A stretch of 64,000 bases of DNA, from IMG/VR virus record IMGVR_UViG_3300025536_000010, positions 62,001-126,000 of that record; one strand, 5' to 3'. The notes below the pieces were generated by a model that saw nothing but the letters and a program-made list of their open reading frames with translations, made no database searches and was not told the origin of the DNA. Positions 58,401-64,000 of the stretch are shown here, piece by piece; position 1 is the stretch's first letter; every line of letters starts with the position of its first letter. Both the position numbers and the translations under genes were made by a program.

Positions 58401-58489
58401 CGGTACGGATCGACCTGCAAGGTCGGACGATGGACATGCCCGGAGCCACCGGCGGCGGGCGGAACTACGTCCCGCCAGGAGGAACGTAA
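52415..58489 (+). CDS. Tape measure protein
   Basis: 2024 aa, helical Ala/Gln/Arg-rich, internal repeats; canonical position between chaperone and baseplate genes. Confidence 0.8.
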   Translation: MPQSTAMLANMGAGYVPLAQGSEHSRRMPFEGLPLIGGQGGLFGQVASMAAAPPLMHMMGGVGMVPMGVGHDQNVYDRLMNQRYTAMQMQAMQKAAESDREGFYKSFRGLAAVTGTPFGAQQRAAANQLAHLGTMAAPMMAEMMPDFLDQMGGLRGSATVMSKRMMDAGRYRLDPVTGRMGMSGESVGRQAQQLFGDLYSPDQAHRMQGVSAGQAGALFHELQMRGMVGTAASESRFAGVRGDDPRAQTLRALEQMRGFAPNDLKKAASDAKVDISKGLGNLSPEDIDKLNLNPTVADKLRSFDGDRIKRSLRSYVGAVSAMRDIFGDMGRPNAPMQELLAGLEALTGGAMAQIDPARLGTMARQTYNLAKQTGVSLDNALMVQQHAQSKAQSMGLEPIFGVQAAQGALGFGGAYRAQGHAAHTAWGAFNADQAQQMDANLRVQASGSHLANRMGAAIRMSEMAGGFAVDSDAAKYVQAVKGGLNQWKDASGQMRSVAISDAEFTRIFSSSKGQDGRATGLSQGDAFAALGQRHENREQIERHRLGDIARRAQGDELNNFVGHRMQETMFTRLREHLVNQGMSAQEASVAARSAASAVGQSVTRRAMGMSTSEFADAATRNRNIAEIMEEELTGQGMGDVLQSMDPAQRQRFLAQTAERFYGSANRAIQTSSFRAFGNLQNVHRLNNTATLDEADRQQMQARHRAEMQEALAPLGQGTILSRAVDALQHARPDDPQALQKVLAQAMGGVRNEDINRALIPQMRKVQEQKERVEKLQEDVAKESDSEQKQKLMEQLNTARRELSAQAKGLAQLGEQHGMYATDSLGSEDMRRVDRTTRDVMTAQNDIVGLRGNFGGQVDEKDIAAARAKYGGKAVSATEAAAVILARRQQDVDKAKNYALSEERLAGLEAQGAAADPASLAEAKKQRDELKKALGGELAGLLTGLMGQVKAQATGMNDMQARAAAVGLMQANVGNIGEAAVKKEMGGLTLRDDGEVRALIRTQRRMTPYRASQEEVQKYLGEHKDMTEREARDILNMRLRAKRLGIREDEVDFEKIKNPEELERKLSDAFAARARKNFEVTDKDREEFRKANPALKDPTGEQITQFMENNPEYAGKPDEAKKAMLDRVIRMGRQSEHRQRMAAFWGSAEGGAFRETVDMAGQDVDNVASRLIQTPHMVQRLGTRAIEYQEKLSGGQQRLRELALYHTSGDMGRLMAGDYNIDRSNKGGQESAERVAAEVTQIQRDQRRIIEELREQEGRSGRQFRLGSEDEARKALGLPAYNLSPEMRSRVRERAGELGTEENARTLLGIDKNATNLSEFQKAKIAGARFGAGNEEEVIGTYGRERWEQLSPGERQAMMQKMRTGVASKEEAMKLLGITDDQLKNDPTGEYAQRLQAVMVGLQTDAHGRQLAGIDQNAQLTDKGKDAVRAMRQGIASEDWARSRMGLAADNLSPEQRAKVLEFREKAGNEEEARRLLKLGDKKAMTDEQGKNVTRIIEGAKTQGEAMRVLGLSGSYANLKDADKLRVDAAQRGLGSKEHAAKMLGLADKLSAGTLSKDDEERIAAAQKRLGTSANAMIVMGLDPAQTMTKEESDRLRQATYDVSVARRLKPEDDTAIGKLEQSENRLKRIAESRGLKVEDLEKAATGDKKFELSKEEGERLEKAKREHGTASRAHSQLTARAANLRRSIATLGDDVSDDAKNKRRQALRDSLASTEKEIQDAEGRKKAAETSVEADAKARGVSVQDYLRNKGFVSESAREEAKRAVKERDENKKAVDELAKSLGVKPEDLAGATGVTKRLEEAQKEAARRENMNPQDVAKGVLEAYGFTPGAEPSATQKELGALMGSTRGKALGQRMLDTSKTLSDRAGKVHPGAKGTEGVDTMAQQYFDVMGTKDEKAKAEKLKKFQETYGFDSSHGRLTGQGAEDWRKFEQAMQFQQQTGLLKFGRDRSSHRSLNREEDLLNIYRQAMQGGQAEQRQLDPNSGQPQQMQISFNNPVRIDLQGRTMDMPGATGGGRNYVPPGGT

Positions 58490-58944
58490 TGCCGATTGTC
58501 TTCAAGGCCGCACCGGGCTCGGTAGTAGCGCTGGACGACCCGGCGACGCAGTGCCAGGCCAGGTTCGAGACGAACCCCCCGATCACCTTCGATTCGGAGA
58601 TGAGCATCGTCACGCGCTTGACGGTCAATCAGCAGGTCAACGTGCAGTTCCTGCACACCCTTGGCGCGCTCATCTACATCTACGTCTTCGGCGACCGCAT
58701 GGGGCAGATTGGGCTATCGGGCCTGGCTTTCTCCTGCGACTGTACCGGCTCTGACGTCGGGGCCGACAAGATTCTCCAGTGGTACTCCCGGAACCGGGTG
58801 TCCAAGAAGAAAGACCCGGTGCAGATCACGATTGGCTCCACCACGCTCGAAGGTTTTGTGGTCAACTGTACCGAGGACGTAGTGGACCCGTCGCTGCGCC
58901 TGGTGCAGTGGGGCGTCAACATGGCTGCCTTGCCGGAGGACTGA
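58489..58944 (+). CDS. Tail-tube-like baseplate protein (tube initiator)
   Basis: 151 aa; VNVQFLHTLG..IYIYVFGDRMGQI aligns by eye with the tube's QNVTRLYELG..VYYVSGRSQGQA. Confidence 0.55.
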   Translation: MPIVFKAAPGSVVALDDPATQCQARFETNPPITFDSEMSIVTRLTVNQQVNVQFLHTLGALIYIYVFGDRMGQIGLSGLAFSCDCTGSDVGADKILQWYSRNRVSKKKDPVQITIGSTTLEGFVVNCTEDVVDPSLRLVQWGVNMAALPED

Positions 58945-58945
58945 G

Positions 58946-59743
58946 ATGCTGAACCACGCCAGGACGCTTTTGATGAACGTCGACGGCGACGCGACCCCGC
59001 TCGACGATTACCCGGGCGAGGAGGCCATCGACCCCGGCTTTCGTGCGGTCAACCTGCCGACCGCGCTGGACACGGTACGGTCGGTCATCTTCGGCACCGA
59101 TCCCGACCGGCTCATGCTCAACTACCGCTGCCGGCAGCTGCTGACCCTGCTGCACAGTACGCCGCTGGTCGAGTACGTCTACGCCCTGGACCCGCGAGTG
59201 ACCTACGATTTTGCCGACGACGCCTTCATCGCCGAAGACGCTTTCAAGCCGCGTGTCGTCAAAGTGAGCGGGCCGGAAACCGCCGTGCTGACGTTCACTG
59301 GCAAGCCCGCCAACCCAGACATCACTGGCCGCTGCCGCTATATTTTCAACGTCGACGTACCGACGTCCGAGTCTGTCGCCGTCGATAGGCTCACGCCCAA
59401 GATCCCAAAAGTGGTTTATAACTTGGAGGTGCCCAACGGCCTGTCGAACGCGATACCGCTCATGGGCAGCGGTTACTCCTGCCGGATCAACACGGATGTC
59501 GTCGGGCAGCTGTACCGCGTCGAAGTTGCCAACCGCCCGCAGCGCGACTTGGGGCAGATTGCGGCCAACCTGGGCGTCGTCGGCGAGCCGGTCACGCTGA
59601 CGCTGTTCGGACTGGAACGCACGGAACCCTGGAGAACCTTTCGGAACCTTTGGGAACAGAAGCTCGAACTGCCGCTCAAACTGGGTGGCCTGCTCTGTGC
59701 GCTGATCTATCGCACAGAAGACCGGAGGCTCGGACGTGGGTAA
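58946..59743 (+). CDS. Hypothetical baseplate-region protein
   Basis: 265-aa ORF tightly coupled to its neighbours. Confidence 0.7.
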   Translation: MLNHARTLLMNVDGDATPLDDYPGEEAIDPGFRAVNLPTALDTVRSVIFGTDPDRLMLNYRCRQLLTLLHSTPLVEYVYALDPRVTYDFADDAFIAEDAFKPRVVKVSGPETAVLTFTGKPANPDITGRCRYIFNVDVPTSESVAVDRLTPKIPKVVYNLEVPNGLSNAIPLMGSGYSCRINTDVVGQLYRVEVANRPQRDLGQIAANLGVVGEPVTLTLFGLERTEPWRTFRNLWEQKLELPLKLGGLLCALIYRTEDRRLGRG

Positions 59744-61367
59744 GAACTACATCTATTCGGACCTGTCGGTCAAAAACGCGCTGGTGCTGGACATCGAAGG
59801 GACGCAGTACGAGGTGTCCCAGATGTCCATGTCCTGGGCGGCGAACGAGGTGCCGACTGCCGTGTGCATGCTGGCCGTGGGCCGCGACGTCCGCACACAA
59901 CAGCCCGCCAAGATCCACAGTGCTGCCAGCCACCAGCACATGAAAAAGGCCAAGATCACTTTCAACCCGCAGAAGGAGTACAGCCTCAGCGCCCAGTGGC
60001 CTGGCCAGGCCACGATCTTTGACGGCTTTTTCGTCGGCTTCGCCTACCGCAAGATCTCCGGCAAGGTCTGCGTCGTCGCCAACCTGATCCACTGGCTGGC
60101 GGCCCTGACCTTTTCCAGCTGCCTCAACAAGGCCAGCCACGTCAGCAACCCGACCTCGCTGGCCGCAGCGGCCGTGACCTCGGCGCTCGGAGCCGGCGGC
60201 GGCGAGGGCTGTTTCGTCAGCGACCTGGTCGGCGCGCAGATAGCGGGCGACGCTGTCGCCGCGGACCTGTGGAAGGCGATCTCGAAGATCTTCTGCGAGT
60301 TCGCCAAGATCGAGACGATGCCGCCGGCCCAGGAAGGTGAGTGCGCCGGTGACGGCGACCTGGCCACCAACCAGGGCGCCTTGGAAGCCCTCCAGAAGAT
60401 CGAGGGCTCTGACTGCGGCGGCGCAGGCAAGTATTACAAACCGCTGGCAATCCAGGACAGCTTCGGCGAACTGACGGACGGTATCGCCAAAGCCCTCGGC
60501 ACCGAGATGGTCGAGTCCTACGCCACCTTCTCTTTCTGGGACAAGCTGATCGGGCAGTTCTGCCCCAGCTACGGCATGGCGGTCGTACCGCGCGTGGACT
60601 CGGCCGTAGTCGTCGCCGATACGCCGGCCTACAACGGCGGTGTGTGGAAAGAACTGGAGCCCGACGAGTACGACTCCTTCGACATGACGGCGGAGTTGAG
60701 CCGGCCCCTCCAGGCGGTGGTCGTCATCGCCGGCTGGGAGAGTCAAACGCTGGAAGGGCAGCAAGAGCCTACGGCCTCGCCGCTGATTGGCGGCTGCTAT
60801 GCCTCCGACGCGGTCAAGCCCGGCGACGGCCTGCGCATGTACATCGCCCCGCCGCCCTGGCTGCGCAACCTGCACATGCTATCCGCGTACGCGGGGCATT
60901 CCTCCGGTGTCAGCCAGAACGCCCCGAGCAAAACCGGCACGACGCCCAACGCGACGCCGCCGGACCCGGATAAGCGCACCCCTGGAGCCTTCGGGCAGCA
61001 AGCCAACGGTTTCTACGACAAGTACGCGCACACGTTCTTCGTCAACCAGATGCTCCGTGGCCGCAGTGGGTCGGTTTCTGGTAAACTACGGTTCGACATT
61101 TGCCCGCTGTCCATTATTGAAGTGCTGCCTAGTTTCGAGCAGCACATCGGCGGCGAGGACCAGTTGGCCGTGACCGTCTACGGCTGCGTGCAGCGCGTGA
61201 GCATCGCCATCAACGCAGAGGCTGCGATGGCCGGGACGACTCTGGTGCTGAGCCACCTGCGGACGAGCGAAGAGAACAGTTCGGCGCGGACCAGCGCAGC
61301 CCAGCACCCACTGTTCGGCGCAGCCGTGTTCGAGGGGGCGCCGCTGGTCGACAAGTACGATCTCTAA
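59736..61367 (+). CDS. Putative baseplate hub (gp27/gpD-like)
   Basis: Position, size and IFDGFFVG...GSVSGKLRFDICP pattern. Confidence 0.5.
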   Translation: MGKNYIYSDLSVKNALVLDIEGTQYEVSQMSMSWAANEVPTAVCMLAVGRDVRTQQPAKIHSAASHQHMKKAKITFNPQKEYSLSAQWPGQATIFDGFFVGFAYRKISGKVCVVANLIHWLAALTFSSCLNKASHVSNPTSLAAAAVTSALGAGGGEGCFVSDLVGAQIAGDAVAADLWKAISKIFCEFAKIETMPPAQEGECAGDGDLATNQGALEALQKIEGSDCGGAGKYYKPLAIQDSFGELTDGIAKALGTEMVESYATFSFWDKLIGQFCPSYGMAVVPRVDSAVVVADTPAYNGGVWKELEPDEYDSFDMTAELSRPLQAVVVIAGWESQTLEGQQEPTASPLIGGCYASDAVKPGDGLRMYIAPPPWLRNLHMLSAYAGHSSGVSQNAPSKTGTTPNATPPDPDKRTPGAFGQQANGFYDKYAHTFFVNQMLRGRSGSVSGKLRFDICPLSIIEVLPSFEQHIGGEDQLAVTVYGCVQRVSIAINAEAAMAGTTLVLSHLRTSEENSSARTSAAQHPLFGAAVFEGAPLVDKYDL

Positions 61368-61376
61368 GGAGACAAC

Positions 61377-62105
61377 ATGGACGACTTCTTGGAGCCAGAT
61401 TTCGCGGAACCCTACAAGGCGTGGAAGGCAACGCCAGGCCCCGACACGAACGCTGGCATGCTCAAGGCACTGACGCCCACGATTGAGGGGGCCATCCGCA
61501 CGCACGTCGGCGAGCCCAACCCGCTGCTGACCAGCCGAGCCCGTTTGATGGCTCTGGAGGGCCTCCAGGGCTACGACCCGACGCGGGGCCGCCTCCAGAC
61601 GCACATGTACAACCACTTGCTGGGGCTCAAGCGGGCCAACCGACAGCAGACGACCATCCTCAAGGTGCCGGAGCGGATCTCGTTGGACCGCTACCACCTG
61701 GAGAACGCCACGAATGAACTGTCCAACGAACTCGGCCGCGAGCCCACGGACATGGAGATCGCCGACCGGGTCGGTTTCTCGCCGCGGCGGATCGCCCGCG
61801 TGCGCAGCTACAGCCCAGCCGTCGCCGAGGGCACCATCGACGAGTCCACGGAAGGCGGCGGCGTGATCGGTGGCGTCGAAGACCCGCTGCGAAGACAGCA
61901 GACCGCAGTGTACGATGTCGTCTACGACGAACTCGACACCTACCACCGGCAGATCATGGAGTTGGCCTTGGGCCTCAACGGCCGCCGACCACTCTCGAAC
62001 CAACAGATCGCCCAGAAGATGAACCGCAGCCCCGGGGCCATCAGCCAGGCTAAGCTGCGCATCCAAAAGATGCTCGACGAGGTCAACGAACTCGGACTGA
62101 GGTAA
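61377..62105 (+). CDS. Sigma-70 family RNA polymerase sigma factor (FliA/SigF-like size)
   Basis: Region 2 (ALEGLQGYDPTRG), region 3 (LKVP...LSNELGREPTDMEIADRVG), region 4 HTH (LSNQQIAQKMNRSPGAISQ). Confidence 0.85.
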   Translation: MDDFLEPDFAEPYKAWKATPGPDTNAGMLKALTPTIEGAIRTHVGEPNPLLTSRARLMALEGLQGYDPTRGRLQTHMYNHLLGLKRANRQQTTILKVPERISLDRYHLENATNELSNELGREPTDMEIADRVGFSPRRIARVRSYSPAVAEGTIDESTEGGGVIGGVEDPLRRQQTAVYDVVYDELDTYHRQIMELALGLNGRRPLSNQQIAQKMNRSPGAISQAKLRIQKMLDEVNELGLR

Positions 62106-62108
62106 GCA

Positions 62109-62564
62109 ATGCCAGCACCCAACCCGTCGCCCAAAGCCAGTATGGACCCGAACTTCGAGAAGCGCGTCGAGGAACTCAAGGAGGCCGCTAAGCAGGAGGC
62201 CGTGGAGCGCAAGCTGGGCAAGCAAGTGAAGTGGTTCAGGCCCAAAGGCTGGACCGGCGGCGAGTTCGAGTACGAGCCCATGAGCCTGCCGTTCGACAGC
62301 AACAAGGCCAACCAGGACTACAAGAGCGCCGTTCAGAGTCCAGACTCGCCAGGCACCAGCGGTGACATCATCGCCACGCAGACAATGGCTGAGTGCCTGG
62401 CGGTCATGGAGCGCGGCTTCCGGCAGCGGCACACAATGCGGCGCTGTCGCGCGATGGCCCACCACCTGGGGCGGCGCAAGGGCCAGGGCGAGACACAGGG
62501 CGTCTTCGGCAACAACTACCTGGACTACCTGCGCAGCGTGATGAAACAGTCCAGCAAGAAGTGA
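62109..62564 (+). CDS. Hypothetical protein
   Basis: 151-aa ORF with SD-like GAGG. Confidence 0.65.
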   Translation: MPAPNPSPKASMDPNFEKRVEELKEAAKQEAVERKLGKQVKWFRPKGWTGGEFEYEPMSLPFDSNKANQDYKSAVQSPDSPGTSGDIIATQTMAECLAVMERGFRQRHTMRRCRAMAHHLGRRKGQGETQGVFGNNYLDYLRSVMKQSSKK

Positions 62565-62571
62565 GGACCGC

Positions 62572-63054
62572 ATGGCCACCGTCGTCGACTACGAGAACCG
62601 GACTGCCGACCTGTCCGCCTTCCAGGGCGTGTTCCCGCATCTGCGTGGGCGTGAGCAGCTGCTGGCCCACGAACTGGTGCGGACCACGGACGGCGGCAGC
62701 CTGGTCACCGGCGTCCTCAAGGGTGTCCAGCGCTTCCTCGTCATCCTGCTGACGCCGCGCGGCTCGAAGCTCTACCGACCCTCCGAGGGCACCTTTTTCA
62801 TGACCGAGGCGCGGTTGGGGGCCTGGCGTACCCCGGCAGACGTCTCGACGGCGTTCTACGCCGCCCGCCTGCTAGCGGCCCGCCAGATGCGTGAAGTCGA
62901 ACTGACCACGGACCCGCCCGACGAACGCTATGGTGTGGCGACCCTGAACGGGGTTACCCTGGTGGCCGATAAGGTGTCGATTCGCGTGGACTACGAAAGT
63001 CTGGCCGGCACCAAGGTCACCGTGATAACCCCGATTCAGGTGCCGATCAAATGA
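62572..63054 (+). CDS. Baseplate wedge protein (gp25/gpW-like)
   Basis: VTGVLKGVQRFLVILLTPRGS..YRP.EGT.F motif. Confidence 0.65.
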   Translation: MATVVDYENRTADLSAFQGVFPHLRGREQLLAHELVRTTDGGSLVTGVLKGVQRFLVILLTPRGSKLYRPSEGTFFMTEARLGAWRTPADVSTAFYAARLLAARQMREVELTTDPPDERYGVATLNGVTLVADKVSIRVDYESLAGTKVTVITPIQVPIK

Positions 63055-63524
63055 TTGCGGACCTCCTGACGGACCTGTACCAGCCGGAGGCGAAGATCAT
63101 TAAACAACTGTACCAGCGCCACACGGATACCAGCGACCCAACGAAAGGTGACTGCTTTGCAACCTGCGTGGCGATGATCCTGGGTCTGCAACAAGACGAA
63201 GTACCTAACTTCTGCGGCATTGCGACGGACTGGTGGCCTGGGTTCCAGAAATGGTTAGAGGAGCGACACCTAGTCGCTATCGAGGTCAACCTGCCGCCTC
63301 CTCCCTGGAAAAACCTTGGGGCGCTGACACCAGGCGTGCCCGTCATCCTCACAGGTAAAAGCCCAAGGGGTGATTGGTTGCACTCGATTGTTGGCATGAC
63401 GCGGTGGGATGAAGGGTTTGAGATACTCTACGACCCACACCCGGCTGGTGGCGGGTTTGATGGGCCACTCAAACATGTGCTGTTCTTTGCAGCGCTCAGA
63501 CCAGACAAGGCAGGGAAGCCATGA
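63051..63524 (+). CDS. Putative papain/C39-like cysteine peptidase-fold protein
   Basis: Q...GDCFATCVAMILG...HSIVG...LYDP; more AT-rich codons than its neighbours. Confidence 0.5.
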   Translation: MIADLLTDLYQPEAKIIKQLYQRHTDTSDPTKGDCFATCVAMILGLQQDEVPNFCGIATDWWPGFQKWLEERHLVAIEVNLPPPPWKNLGALTPGVPVILTGKSPRGDWLHSIVGMTRWDEGFEILYDPHPAGGGFDGPLKHVLFFAALRPDKAGKP

Positions 63525-64000
63525 TCGAACTCCGGCCGTTCTCGCAGCTGAATCCCGACGACGTGGCCCAGCAGCACGCTGAGGCCCTCCAGCGCGTCCA
63601 GGAGGACAACCCCAAGCTGGACCTGCGTCGAGGCGTATTCGCCGACCTCCTGATATACTACCATTCGATCCTGGCAGGCCAGGGTCAGATGAACATCAAA
63701 GACTACTGGCGGGCGCGCAGCCTCCAGGCGATGGAGGCCGACCCGGACCTGGCCACGGCCGACCCAGACCTGGTCGGCGACGTGATTTCTAACTTCAACG
63801 TCGCCCGGCAACCAGGGGCCAAAGCAACAGGCGAGGTCACCATCGTCGTTACCGACAGCATCACGGTGACCATCGGCATCGGGGCTGTTTTCGAGGCCCA
63901 GGGCCTGCGTTTCATTACCACGCGCGTCTTCACTGGCAAAACCTCCGGCCGGATCGACGACCCCGGCGACCGTTTGCTCACTCAGACGGCAGACGGTAAC
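63521..64000 (+). CDS. Baseplate J/gp6-like protein (3'-truncated by the window)
   Basis: MIELRPF...DLRRGVFADLL...VISNFNVARQPGAKATGEVTI; open to the window end. Confidence 0.7.
   Translation, partial: MIELRPFSQLNPDDVAQQHAEALQRVQEDNPKLDLRRGVFADLLIYYHSILAGQGQMNIKDYWRARSLQAMEADPDLATADPDLVGDVISNFNVARQPGAKATGEVTIVVTDSITVTIGIGAVFEAQGLRFITTRVFTGKTSGRIDDPGDRLLTQTADGN

Larger units (their letters stand above)
1..64000 (+). mobile_element. Segment of a large myovirus-like phage genome (RNAP + head + tail modules)
   Basis: About 60 tightly packed co-oriented ORFs including capsid, sheath, tube, tape measure, baseplate, split RNAP and sigma; no host housekeeping genes, integrase or att site seen. Confidence 0.93.

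Noticed and set aside
44212-64000. Bacterial contractile injection system (eCIS, tailocin or T6SS) instead of a phage tail
   Set aside because: It is contiguous with capsid, protease, neck and phage RNAP genes, and has no AAA+ ATPase or T6SS membrane complex
1-64000. tRNA/rRNA genes and stop-codon reassignment
   Set aside because: No cloverleaf or rRNA-like segments were seen in the short intergenic gaps; genes are intact under the standard code and use all three stops

Overview
The whole window is a co-oriented (+ strand), GC-rich segment of a large contractile-tailed (myovirus-like) phage genome, with no host housekeeping genes. From left to right it holds five blocks. (1) 1-26.7 kb: a phage-encoded multi-subunit RNA polymerase dispersed among putative head/internal proteins. 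(2) 26.7-33.9 kb: prohead protease, scaffold and major capsid. (3) 34-38.8 kb: a collagen-like fibre and a neck protein. (4) 38.8-42.3 kb: an accessory island with an orphan RelE-like gene, a ParB-like gene and small hairpin-separated cassettes. (5) 42.3-64 kb: neck, sheath, tube, spike, chaperone, tape measure and baseplate genes, with an embedded sigma-70-family factor. The most striking system is the RNA polymerase. Its beta gene ends in an N-intein. After an unrelated 637-aa gene, the next ORF starts with the matching C-intein and continues through the end of beta straight into the catalytic half of beta' (NADFDGD). Trans-splicing would give one ~1494-aa beta-beta' chain. The rest of beta' lacks its zinc ligands and is fused to ~700 aa of low-complexity sequence behind a cluster of K-x-A/S motifs. 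The same motif recurs across the head module and the capsid N-terminus, which suggests a protease-matured, virion-packaged polymerase. Several unannotated repeated DNA motifs (candidate phage promoters or operators) and a likely -1 frameshift in the tail chaperone were also found. All product calls come from motif recognition by eye; no database searches were run.
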